Notes under the pieces: model-generated
Database searches by the model: none
The model's input: the letters and a program-made list of their open reading frames with translations, nothing else
What the model was told of the DNA's origin: nothing
NCBI GenBank assembly: GCA_964035545.1
Contig: OZ037765.1
Location: 28,209,504-28,273,503 of the forward strand
Origin: Bugula neritina
Taxonomy: Eukaryota > Animalia > Bryozoa
DNA length: 64,000 nucleotides
Direction: 5' to 3'
In this document: in pieces, positions 41,891 to 58,962 of the stretch
Layout of the letters: each line of letters begins with the position of its first letter
Position numbering within the stretch: the first letter of the stretch is position 1
Translations under genes and position numbers: made by a program

Positions 41891-43056
41891 ATGGCTTCAA
41901 GTTCTAAAGGCAAATGCAAAAGAAGAGTGTGTGAAGCTGCAATGTGTTCGTACAAGGAAAAACACATGTTTAAATGGCCTGCTGATACTCACTGATACTG
42001 TGTGTGGTGAAAAATGGACCAAGTTTGTCAATACGAAAAGAAAAAACTTTCTGCCTGATAACAACTCTCGTTTGTGTTTTCAGCATTTTGGTGATGAACA
42101 ATTTACAAATATGGGCATGTATAAAGCAAAACTCATTAACATGTAAGTGAATAACTCACTCAAACTCATAGTGATACTGACTTAGTGATTGTGATAGAAT
42201 TAGACGATAATGATAGTTTTTTTAATGTTGATTTTCAACAATAAGTATAACTATAACTATTAAGTATTACTACAAGTTGGTATAAGTCAATAGGATTGTC
42301 ATGACCGTGTTGATTCAATTTCATGTGACTATGACATAAACTTGCAAGTACAAGTTTGCATTTATGATTTACACGATAACCATTATCGTAAGGAAATTCA
42401 TTTATAATGGCGATAATATGAAAGACTTATGATTATCAGAATGTGTCATAGTCACTTGGATACATACCATTAATATTATGATTCATACGCACTGATACTC
42501 ATGCTATGAGTATGATACTGGTAATGGTGCCCATCATCAATACCAGTAAAAATTAATGGTAAATATTGTTCACTTAGCTTATTGAAAGAATAAAAATTCA
42601 TTGTCTTTGATTTACTCTTTAGATTGCATTTAGAGAAAACAGCAGTCCCAACTATTCATTTAGTGGAAACTGAGGGTGCAACTGGATGCACTCCATTAAC
42701 TCCTCGGAAACAAAGTCAGCAGGCGGCCACTATCACACCTAAAGAAGCTCGCTGGTTAAAAAGATCAGACCCTGGTTTTTTGTAAGGATTATAATATTGA
42801 AAATTCGATCTTGAGCAATAAAATTGAAATATGATATAGACAGCAATTGAGATTTTCTGCAGCTGTTTCAATAATACTTTTCCATTTACCTTCATATATA
42901 ATAATATTTTAGAGCTTTGCCAAGTCAAACTAAAAAACCAGCTCTCAATCTTAAGCCAGAAAAGAAGGGCCTACAGAAAGGAATAGGACACAATAAATAT
43001 GTGCAAACACCTAAAAGGATGCAGAAAAAGATTAGAAGCAAAGCTGTTCAATGCTG
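41891..43056 (+). pseudogene. Kolobok transposase N-terminus (THAP zinc finger), frameshifted and truncated; no DDE domain seen
   Basis: MASSSKGKCKRRVCEAAMCSYKEKHMFKWP...KW..FV...R..F.P...SRLCFQHF | LHLEKTAVPTI (C2CH plus AVPT box; exons 41891-42142 and 42623-~42781); 10-nt insertion at ~41990-41999 breaks the frame. Confidence 0.85.
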
Positions 43057-43786
43057 GTATATAGAAATATGGCGAAATAGTATTGTTCACTTAGCTCAAA
43101 AACTGAATTCATAGCTTTTCTCCATATTTATTTTTATTTAAAATGCATGTTCTAATGCAACAAAAAAACAAATATTTTTGTGTAATGGAAATAATATTTT
43201 TAATTTTCCACCTCAAGGTGTGTCAAAAATAAATTTGGACAATATATCTACTTGTAGTCTCAGTTTCCATTGAAATGTAAATATTCGTTTTCACTGTAGA
43301 GCAGCTGTATGTTTGGTTTTGTTGGTACTTTATTAGAGCCATAAATAGCAATGTGAAAACAATAAATAGCAATAAATAAAACAATATATTGGTAAAAATA
43401 TGTAAAAAGTTATACTATGTCACAAAGTTTCATAAAAACAATATTGTTATATTATATTATATTACATTGCATAAGATATTCTAGTGTACTAGGAATATTG
43501 CAATACCTGATTGCTCTACATAACTAAGTAGTGAAGTAAATTCTATTTGTTAAATCAAAATTCAAGCATTGTAGAATATGATCTTAGAGTCACTTGAAAA
43601 GTTCGGCGCAAAAATAGTCACCATATTGAAGTATATTCACCATTATTGCAACTCAAACTCAACGGTAAATTAATTTCAAAGGTCAGGGAGATTGCAAATA
43701 ATGAGGTTTATTCTCATAGTAAGCTGTACACACTACAAGAGGCAGTAGCAACTGACTGCTACTAAAAATCACCAGAGTGTTAATGT

Positions 43787-45505
43787 TCATAAATCTTCAT
43801 TGTACACGAATTTGCTGAACATCCATTCAGCAAATTCTTCCTCATCACCAGTTGGGGGGAATGTAGCTTGCACCCAATCATATAAGCAAGCTGGTAAAGG
43901 GCGTCTCACCTTTTTTAATATCTGGAAACAGCCAGAACACCAAAAACCGGTAGCTGCAGAACCTTTTTTTAGTGTTGAGAGAATGGGCCTTCTCATCAAA
44001 CAAATCATCTACCAAAATAAATGATTGGCTAAATAATCAAGTAAGACTATCTAGAAAAACTAACAATGACAGTTACTGATATACAGTAGCAATTGACTAA
44101 CCATGATATCTCAGGTAGCTGCTGTATGCAACTTCTAATACAGCTGGTTGCGTCAATTGCTGTACTCCCGGGTGCTGTGTTATACATTCCATGCTGCTAT
44201 CTAATCGAAGGTTTGCAGCATGATCACGGCAACAAACAGACTGTTCCACTGTAGGCTGATTTTGGCAGCGGTGGCAAGTGCACCACTCCGTGGCTGGCCT
44301 TATATTTTTCTACAAAACAAACAAGCTTTTCTAAAAACGTTATTACCAGTATCATCCACATTAAGTCCATTAATTACCGTGTCTAAATTTGTTTCCTGTA
44401 CTTTTCTTTGTATTGAAAATTGAGTCCAATGAGGCTGAAGTTTGAAAATACTTTAAAATCATGGGTTTTAAAATATTCCAAGTTTGCATTACTGTTCAAA
44501 CTATTTTTATATTTATAGTTAAAAATTAATTAGATTTTTTATATTAAAACAAACTCATAATTTTTGCTATGAAATAAACTAATTTTCAGGAATTTTAAAA
44601 TATTTTATTGTTGTTAGTACTATATGTTATACTATAAAAGCAGAAATTTAGAGAAATAGGGGGCTTAGAAATAAAATACTAAATACTATTATCGTGAATG
44701 CAAGTTTGACATGATTATGTATGTGATTAACTTATTTTGCTAAGGATCGGTATAACTACAATTACAATAAAAGTGAATAATAATTATCATTATTATGCAT
44801 TTATAAAAATACAGTCTTTCCCTTGACTTAAATTATCAGGTAAATCTAACTACAAATAATTAATACTAATACCTGTATTGGTAGTAGTGATAACAAAATT
44901 AGTATTGATCAAATATTTAATTACTTGACTGGAATTTGTAATCATTAAATTTAATGATTATCACTTTATTATTAATAATATTATATAAACTGATAGCAAT
45001 CATCAAATATTTAGCTTGTAATTTGATATCATGCTTGCTCTAAAGCTTTAGTAGCACAAAACTCAGCTATATTAACTAATTAAGCCAGGATCAATACGAG
45101 CCTTGGCATTGAGCATTGGCATTACGATTACAAAATGAAAATTAAATATAATAATTATAATAATTTATAACTTATACTAGCTTATACTTATAACTTAAAG
45201 TTAAAGTATTACTATTACTATTAGTATTACGGTATTAGTACTACTATTAGTAACACTATAGTTTATAAAATTAAATCGTACTGATACTGTAAAATTATAA
45301 ATATTATCACCTGTTGCTCATCAGTAACATTAAAATCCTTGTCATGACTATCATCTCCATTTTCATCTTGATACGTAAACGGCTCAAACTGATAGCCCAT
45401 TACTTCAGAAATCTCAGTGACAGCGTGAGTGTGATTGTCATAGTCATACTCATTGCGATTCTCACTGTGCTCTAAGTATTCTTCGTCAGAGCCAGATATG
45501 TTCAT
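43787..45505 (-). pseudogene. KolX / P2X7 C-terminal ballast-like Zn-binding protein gene with one frameshift; exons 45311-45505, 44378-44434, 44102-44309, 43787-44008
   Basis: GYQFEP; EWCTCHRC...SVCCRD...CITQHPG; RFCSYRFLVFW...KKGE[frameshift ~43905]RPLPACL...FP; splice phases consistent. Confidence 0.82.
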
Positions 45506-46519
45506 ATTGATATCGTATTTATGTTATTTCTGTATTAGATTTAACTTTATCACAATTACACTGCACAGACTCGGACACGGTAAGTTAAAGTTGGTAGCTA
45601 TGTCTTTATTGCCGCGAAATTTGTTTATGAAATAAAACCTAAATTCCACAAAAAAACACTAATTGGGGGGCTAGACAGACGTCCGATAAATTAAAAATGC
45701 TAAAACTAAGGTTACATGCAACGGAAAATATAGCCTATATTTATTTTCCGAATGTCTTACAGGCGGCATTTCCATCTATTTCTCGCAACTGCGGTGTAAT
45801 ACGTCACAGAAAGGCGAAAAAAATTCTGGAAGTTTTTTGGACATGCATGCACTAAAATTGTTATAAAACAAAATTGTTTAGACCTGAAACCCTAAAAGAG
45901 TGTTAAAATAATAGCCAAGACATAGATGAATATTTTCATGCTATATAAGTAAAGTGTGTCAGGAATTCTTTAAAGAAACCTTTGGGCACAGTCTAAACTG
46001 CAATGTGTAAAAACCGGACGTAGCCTTTGGCACCAAAACTTGATTTATCGATGCCTTTCAAAACTGACAAGGCTGTGGTTTAGTTTACATATAATTATAA
46101 TATTATTATGAAGTACGTATGAAACTGTTTTAAAAAGGAAAATCGGAGCAAAGGCTGTAATGATAAAATGAATGAATTATTTTCATTTCGCTAGATAAAA
46201 GTAAACCTAAAAGTAAATGCCTACAAGTTGCAAGTATAGTATAACTGTATAAGTTTATTATAGCATAGTTTATAGTTTAGTATTAGTATACTATAGTAAT
46301 TGAATGTTATACTTATACAGTTATACTTAGTCTTATAGCTATAGTAATAGTTATTAATATTATGACTTATGGGTATGAGTATCATGATGATGATCATCAT
46401 CATCATGATCATGATCATCATGATGATGATTTTAGCAGTATCACTATCACTAACTATCAGTATGACTATCATTATGAGTATGAGTATCAGTATTAGTATA
46501 GCATTAAGTATTAAATAAT

Positions 46520-46900
46520 AGTAATAGCCCCAAAAATTTTGGTCGCTTTGCTAGTTTTTGAGTAATATGCTGGTCGAACGTCAGATCTTGTTGGAACGTG
46601 GCACTGACAGTGATACCAAGATACTGATAGCTACTCTTGTAGTTGTTTATCCAAGGGATGATCATGATGATGACATTACTACCCAGTTTATAAACACTAG
46701 CAGTAAGAGTTAGAGTGTCTGGTCTGGCTTGTTGAAAGCTATTGCATGGTGATGGTATTTAGATGTGCTAAACACTAACAGCATTTTTAATTTCTGTGAC
46801 CAGGAGTGTGCAGCATCAAAGACAAATGTGTTTTGAAATTCAATAGCTTCTTCTAGGCAGTTAACTGACTCTGGCTCTTGATAACATACACAAATGAAAT
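46520..46900 (-). mobile_element. LINE (CR1/Jockey-like) RT C-terminal relic
   Basis: Minus-strand remnants WSQK..., YLGIT....FQQDLTFDQHI, KATKIFG. Confidence 0.6.
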
Positions 46901-47119
46901 AGTCATTTTGATACTCATACAGTGATGCTGGTAGTCATACTCATAGTCATACTTATAGTCATCAGAACTGTTAAACTATGTTATACTTTCTTTTTAAATA
47001 TATGCTAATTTTCTAGAATATGTCACTAATCAAATTACTAATGCAAATAGAAAATCTACTGAACACTCACACTGGTTTAATGACCAGTAATGGAATAAAA
47101 CTGTTAGTGAGAAAAGAAA

Positions 47120-47420
47120 AACCATTACCTACGCTGCCAAGCTAACCACCAATACTACCGTTTATTTCATAATCTCAATTGTTCATCATGTGGTGGCACA
47201 ATGTAGTGTCATTTTTTCGATTGGCTTTTAGAAATTTTTTATACTTGATTATACTTATTTTGTCATTCTTTTAGTTCAATATCATACCCATTAGTAGTTG
47301 AAAAATTTGATGGTCGACTTTTTGTGTTCCAATATGTGTAAAAATTGACCGAAAAGGCTGTATTTCTGTTAACTTATAGCGCTTCTGTTCTATGTAATTA
47401 CTAGTAGTGAGCATATGATG
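47120..47420. promoter_or_regulatory. Probable bidirectional promoter region for GMPPB (+) and EXTL3 (-)
   Basis: Minus-strand donor TAG|GTAATG near 47129, ATTGG near 47220, CpG enrichment; EXTL3 5'UTR acceptor at ~39063; GMPPB acceptor just before its ATG at 47540. Confidence 0.45.
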
Positions 47421-47488
47421 ATCATTAAATTTGTAGAAAAGACTCTATTCTTTTTATTAAATTAAATTTAAAAGCAATTTTCATTTAA

Positions 47489-51476
<3,988 letters not shown>

Positions 51477-52379
51477 TCAACATTCATCTCATCGTCCTAG
51501 AAAATTCTGCTTAAATACTAAAATAATATTGTTTTGCATCTTATGATTATGTATAATTGTTATTTATTAGTTAGGCTTATTTACACAAAATATCAGCTAA
51601 AATATTTTAGATCTTGTTGCAGAATATCTATTGCTTCTAGCTATTTCAAATGTTAGAATTCTCAATATAATCAGGTCTTAGAGGTACACATGTTTCAGTC
51701 ATTTTACACAACATAGAAGCTACATTCCTGACTTTTAGTAATGCTTGCCTGCTTCCTGTCAGCTGAGATAAAATAATTCAGTTTATGAATTTTTTTATTT
51801 TATTTATGTAACTTTTTTCGCTTTTTATACAATATTAATAGGCATAATCAAAATTAGTTGTTTTGATTGCACTCTAAAAATTTATGAAGCTTAACAAAAA
51901 ATCATGCAAACAGTTACCAACAGCAAAATTTGAAAATAAACAGGTGAAAACCTGAGACAAGAGTCTATTTTACACATGATATATATAGAAACATTGTTTT
52001 ATAGCCAGTAGTACAAATGTTACAAAGAGGTACAGCTGATACTAATTGTTGTACAAGAAATTGGCTCAAAAATTAACTGTTCAAACATAAAGATTAAAAC
52101 TCAATTTTAAACACATACATAATATACATTATAACAAAAAATCACTACCAAAATTTATAGTATATATAAATAGATAGACACAAAAAGATATTGAAATTTA
52201 ACAACCCCACAATAAGACATAACTGTACAAACATGCAGGCAAATAGATTTGAAATCATAAAAATCTAGTAATTCTCGAAGAAAACTTTTTGGGGCCATGA
52301 CTATTCTAGACGAGAAACAAAATAACTTAGCAAGTGGACACCAGGCTGTCCACCAACCTTTATACTGGCATGGTAAGTA

Positions 52380-55300
52380 TTATTGTGCAGCATTAGGTAT
52401 GTTCTGTAGCCAGTTGGCTACTGTGCTTGCTGAATCTGCTTTAGGCAGAGAATCTAGTGAGGCTTGAGTAAGGTTACTCTGACTGGACATGGCTGGGGAA
52501 CTGGCTTCTTGTGGCAAACTATCACTAACTCCTGCAGTTGCACCGGCTTGGCTGACATTCATAGATGGGTGAAGTGCAGATGCTGCTGCTACTGCTTGTT
52601 GGTGGGCAATATGAGGTGCAGTTGGAATGGTAGAATATGGGTTTGCCATAAAAGAAGTATTTGAAGGATGAGGGAGGTAATTCCAATAGCAAGAATATTG
52701 TGGGTACGGTGGTAAGGAAGTGGAGGTTGCTGCTGAGTAGGTTGGTATATCACGACATCCAGACCAGTCCAACATTTCCTGTTTGACTGTAGAAGGTACT
52801 GAAACTGGCATCATTAGACTAGGGTGCAAGCTGTTGCCATTCAAAGAGCGTTGCATCATAGAAGAAGCTGCAAGTGATTGCTGTTGCTGCTGAAACAAAG
52901 AGGCATTTATACTTTGTGTAAGTAATGCAGTCAAGTCTTTGTCAGGATGAGTGCCATCCATCACCTCTTGTTTGATGCTCATGTTGAGTGGCAGCGGGGA
53001 GTTGCGTTGTATTTGCGATTGCTTCAGATCAGAGAAAACAGAATTTTGCGAATGATGGATATCCATATTACTTTTATAGTTTAGAAAATTCTTCGGTTGT
53101 GGAACTGGATTACTAGCTGCAATTTTGCCAATGGTAGACTGTTCATTTTTTAAATTGTCAATCGGTTTTTCTTTTTTCGGCCGTCCTCTAGATTTTTTGG
53201 GTTTGTCAGTTGTCTGCTTCTGATCACTAGTTATGGTAGACACACCTTTTATTTGAACTTGATTATCATTCGCTTTAGCGGTTGCTTCCATTGGCTCTTC
53301 TTTAACTTCTTTTTTAACTTTTTGTGGAGCCGTAACTAATTTAAAGTCCGGAAAAGTAACAGTAGATCTGTCTATACCCTCTACTGAGCCATGAGCTCTA
53401 ATGTGGTCGCGAACTAACTTTAATGCATTATAGAAAGGAACTTTATCTACAGCCCTGGGTAGCTGAGTACACCGAGCACTTGAAGATGGATTCACAAACA
53501 CACACTGCAACAGAGAAGGTTCTTAGTTCATACTACAACAATGCTGAGAGCAAAGTTTTACTTTAAACTTCTTGAAAAAACTTTGTATTCAATATGAAAA
53601 CTAGACTCTAGGTTATTAAATGACTTCAAGGCATAATATATTCAACACTCCCATTTCAGGTTCAAGGGGCAATAAATTGAACCTGATACACATACATCAT
53701 GGGACTGAGAAATTGAATGAGTTGGAATTTTCTGAAAACTATTTAATCTGTTTTATTTTAGCAACATCTGAATAAACAGTAAAATATGACTAATGTTTGA
53801 GCAATTACATAAAAATTATAGAAAACATTCCTATCAATTATTTAAGATTGATTTTCCAATGTAATCATGGAATAAAATGATGTAGTTATATTGACATTGA
53901 GTTGCTATTTGTAGCTGCATGTATTTGCATGTGAAAAAGGACAACTCCTCATAAATTTTAATATAATAATTTTTTGCTCCCCCAGCAAGCCTTCCTCGCA
54001 AAAAGCGCATAATAATGACTAAATTTCAACGAATTTGAACTCCTGGTACGAATTTTAAAGAATTATATAAGCAGCTTGATGCAAGGCACATTGAAGAGTA
54101 TTGAAAAGGTAAAATATAACAGAGTTTGACAATGGAAGGCATACTACCTAATACTATGACAGAACAATCGTAAAAATAAAATTAGTAATCTACAGGGCTC
54201 TTGACAGCGATGTACACAATTTAGAAACTTTGTATCTTACTTTTGAAAAAAACAGCATCCAAAGATTGGCGTGAAATAGTTGATCTCCCATTCCAACTTA
54301 TAAATTAGGCAGTATTTTTATTTTAGGTCACTTATTAGAAAAGACAGCAACTTGTAGAGTAAAGTATAATAGGCACAGGGCAATCGTTTAACAAACTGGA
54401 AATTGTTGAGAGGGAAAAATGAAAATCATTTCAATAAAATGATGGCCACAAACATAATAGAAGTGTCATTGTTTGGGAAGTAGGTGATACATTCACAAGT
54501 GCTTAACCAAGTTGATTGGACTTTCATTAGAAATACAACCCAAGTGTCAGTCAGAGGCACTTGTGAGCAAATTTTATAGCATATCTTACAAGAATTTACA
54601 AATACCACTCGTCTTAGCTGTAGTTAAGCTAAGGGCAGGTCAGTTATGATACCAAGTCATTTAAATTGCAGATTTCATGTCTCATCACAAAGGCAAGACT
54701 ATATTGCTATGAACTGACTCATATATGCCATAAAGAAGACAAAGGACCAAGGCTGCAGTAACTATCACAACATATACCCATAGATACATCAACTCGTATC
54801 TCCACCAAATATCATTGTTCTTGAAGAGGCATTGTTAGTTTTGTAAATGAAATTAATACAATACTACTACCTATACTACTAACGCAGAACAAGTAGTAGT
54901 ATAGTAATTACTCTGCTATAGTAACTACTCTTCCAGTGACTACTCAATGTAGAAGTCATCACAATGTACTCACTGTGTTCGGACAGCCAGGGAAAGGCTC
55001 AGGCTGCAGGCCAAAGTGAAACTTTTTGTGTCCACAGAACACTTCATAGATGCCTTTCCCGTTGAACAATGCAATTTTTGGCAAATATTTGAGCATTTTC
55101 TGTTTGAGTATTTCGCCACCTTCAAATATTTCTTTTCTACAAACCATGAAACATTGCCAACATAAGTTTCATGAAGTGTATACTTTAATAAATTCCTCTG
55201 AAAGTTGACTCCATTTGTTTTGTAAATACGTATAATGTAAGCTAGCTAATGTTTGGGTAACGAAATAGGAAAAGGAAAAATCCAAGTAACACTCATTCAA

Positions 55301-58300
55301 ACTAGCCAATGTGGGTAAGGCATCACAAGAATTTCAAAAAGTCACACTTGAAGAAAAAAAATTCTAGAAAAATAAATTAGTTTTTCAAGAAAATTACAGC
55401 CAGTACTTCAGAAAAATAGTAAAAAATGAGTTTTCATTTTTAAAAACTTTATGATACTGCATCTGTAAGAAGCAGGTTTAAGAAGTAACAACTACCTGGT
55501 CAGATCAGCACTGCCCCGGGTAGTTCGGGCCACAATGTTGGTGAAACCAATGCCATAGTTCAATAGCTCGGCATCCTGGAGGGCATTCATTGGCTCAGGA
55601 ATCATGCCAGACAGATAGAGACATTTCCCTAACAGAATCACAACACATGTGTATTGTAATTGACATCTTCAGTCCAGAATAAACACCAGTTTCTAGTTTG
55701 TTTTCATATTTGTATGCATACAATAGTCTAGTACAAGGGCAGTATGCATACATTAGTAAACTACTAGTAGGTTCTATGATTTATAGCAGTTAGAAATAAC
55801 TCCGAGGTGATAACTGAAATACGATATGGGTGACCGCTTAATATACGTTTATCATTATTAATGTGGCTAGTACGGCTAGTTGATGATGATCTATCTAACT
55901 GTAACTAATTCATCAGAACCTAAGCCAGTCTAATCATTACTGAGAACAACCATTCATAAAGACTGTATTCTCTTTCATGCACTGTAACTAAGACATCACT
56001 TTCACCACGCGTTAGTGGAGATTGCTTAGCTTGGTTGTTGCTCTCTCAGGTCAAACATACAACCTATACAAAATAGTCTTAAAGACAGATCTTGTTATGC
56101 TTCAAGCTCAGCTAGTAGGTTTAACATTTCTATGTCTATATTGGTGTATCTTACTGTCAAATATGTCGGGACTATTAAAGAAGGTGGTGATGGAATAGCT
56201 TAAGGTAACAATACTTACAGAAATGGTTCCCGGGACCAGCATAGTGGTGCTGTACGTAAGCCGCTGTTAGACCAGGATTTATGCCTACCTGTATAAAGGG
56301 AGAAATATTTGTGACAGCAATAATCTGTTGTACTAATACACGAAAAAGGTGGCAGCCAAATACTTCCACCTCACGTATTTGGGGAATGTACAGGTTTGGC
56401 CATTTTACAAGGTGCCTGCACTGCCCACACTTCAAATCAGAAGACAATACGAGAAAGAACACAACACCAAAATTGAAATAACAATATCATGAAAAGCTGT
56501 AATATTATGTAGGATATGTGACAAAAGGTGGTATTCTACAGTAGTTGAGAATAGCAGATATTATGTTACCAATCAGTTTCATGACTGGCACACAACATAA
56601 CATAATACATTGTGACACAGGCTGTATTAATAGTTTACTTGTATGACTGTGTGTTCAACATCCATAACACTCACAAGCCATTACACATGACTACAACCTT
56701 TGGTATTATGACAAGTAGGAGAGGAATGAAGTCAACTAGTAAAGGAGAAAAATCAAAACCTGGTACAGCAAGAAACTTTCACTATTGAATATGTCAAAGC
56801 ATCTGCATTGTAAGGAGTCAGTACAATAAGTGAAAGTTTTCCACTAAACATCATGTAATCAAAACTCAACTCAACTTAGAAAAGGTAAAATAGTTTTTAG
56901 TATTTTCTAAAATCTACAGATTTGCAGTGAAAAATGGATAAAAGAATTATATTGCTATTGACTAAGCATAAGGATGGAATTAGACAGTAATAAAATAGCT
57001 ATGCAATCAGAGTGACACTGTAATTACCCTAATCCGCACTGACTTTCACACCCAGCACAAAAACTTAAATTATTAAACATTCTATTATTGCTTAAAGGCG
57101 AAATTTATACTGTTGGCTTCTGACAGAAAGTAAATAAAACCTTTGCTTTACTACTAGAAGAGTTAGAAGAGAGGAATTAGGAAGCAAACACTGTACATGC
57201 TAGCTACACCTTCATTGCACCACACACTTAGGATTTAGTGTACATACTACATAACTACAAGATGTCTTTACGTTCTGTAGATACAAAGATGCCTGAGATG
57301 ACAATGGCCAAACTAATAATTTCCAAACTTTACAGTGAATTGCTATTGTGTGCTACACAACTATAGCACGAGGGCACCAGCTTCAAACAGCGAAACACTC
57401 CACTAGAATCTGGCTCACTCAACAGCAGTGTTGGAGTGCAAGCTTACAGCCATTTTATTATAATGAAAACTACAATGAGATTCTTAGGTAAAGATTTCTT
57501 GTCAGATTTTAAAGAAAATGCCTTACATGGTAAAATATATGCCACATATTTATTAAAAAAAAAAGAAGTTAAGGCATCTTACAACATCACCCCATCTGGA
57601 TAACACGGCCTTCAGGGGTGTAGAACTTAGTGTTCTCTACACAGCAACTCCATGGCTGTCTGCGTATATGCTAGTGCAGCTTGGTGCACACTGAGTCAAG
57701 CACTACAGCACACTGAGTAGGTATAAACTAACTTACTATTAGAATATCCAGATCTTCGCGGATGTGATCTGGTAGCACTCTCGTGAGAACCTCTGCTTCT
57801 GTGGTGCCTGGTAATAATTGTATAGACTCAGTCTAGTATAAGTTTAGTTTAATGTAAGCACTTATTGCAACAAAATTTAAACACAATTCTTAATAGAGCC
57901 TCTTTTAATAAAAATAGTCATTTGATAGACTAAACCTGCTGAAATAATATGTTGATGTGTACAGTTTTGCAGGTTAAAAAACACATATTTTATATTATAA
58001 ATTATACTATTATATGATTATACTGCTGTGAGATAGAAGTTAAATATGAAAAAAAATTGATGGAAATGAGAGACCAACCTTTAAATCGGTCTCTCTTTTT
58101 CTTCTGAACCACCATATGATCCTGTATCTGTGATTGTGAGTTAGTATTTGAATCGGGAAGGTCTTTTGGCTCGGCTTTAACTTTTTTCGCTTTGCTACCA
58201 CCAGTTTTCCTGGCATTTGGCCTTTTAACCGCTTCAACCGGTGATGGCGTAGGCAAGGCGGTGGCTGAAGGAACACTTCCAACCACAGGTGTTGCGGTTG

Positions 58301-58962
58301 TGGCAGTGTATGTAGAGGGAGATTGACTGCCATAGCCAGGATCTAGCACCTCTTCTTTTACTAGTCTAAAACCGTTATATTAGAAATTATATAATTTTAC
58401 AGACATTTATGATGTATCAAGTGCACAGTTCTAAAAGACTTACAAGACAGCATGTTGATTTCAGTTGCTATTTTACAGTGTATAATTTCCCAACTTACAT
58501 TTATATTAGGAGTATAATTTTCAATCTATATAACAGTTGCAGCCAACAAAAAATAAAAGGCTTTTAGCCTGCTTTCGACATTAAAAGTAGAAACTGATTT
58601 GACCTTGACATTCATTTACTTGTAAAGAGCCTTCAGAAACAGATAACACTTACAAGGCAACAACTTATAAAACACAAATTTTGAAACATTTTCAAAATTT
58701 TAATGCAATGGAGATCAAATACATCACGTATGCAGAAATATCATGCTTTTCCCCATGTATCAACATGACATTACAGTTCAACTTAAAGGTTTGAAAAACT
58801 AAAGATTTGTAGTGTTTTAGCAGTAGACTGTCAACCTTAGCAAGCACATTTCCACATTATATGTCTACAAGGCATAGTTTACCTGGTATATGGACCTGCA
58901 CCAATATGAGAAGAGAGCAAGTCCCTCACACCTCCGGCAGGTATAGTCTGCGTGGCAGCCAT
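52380..58962 (-). CDS. TDG: G/T mismatch-specific thymine DNA glycosylase (family 2 UDG); exons 58883-58962, ~58079-58365, ~57738-57808, ~56219-56288, ~55496-55628, ~54973-55137, 52380-53504
   Basis: KRDRFKG...[45 protein letters not shown]...GIGFTNIVARTTRGSADL...IALFNGKGIYEVF...FGLQP...PSSSARC; AT-hook-like RGRPKK; long Q/S/P-rich C-terminal tail. Confidence 0.94.

Larger units (their letters stand above)
41131..45969 (+). mobile_element. Kolobok-superfamily DNA transposon, internally deleted/defective (4.84 kb)
   Basis: TTAA TSDs at 41127-41130 and 45970-45973; AG...CT termini; ~150-bp imperfect TIRs (AGAAT[C/T]CCTGACACACTTTACTTATATAGCATGAAAATATTCATCTAT...GCATGTCCAAAAAACTT); convergent THAP and KolX-like genes. 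Confidence 0.9.
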
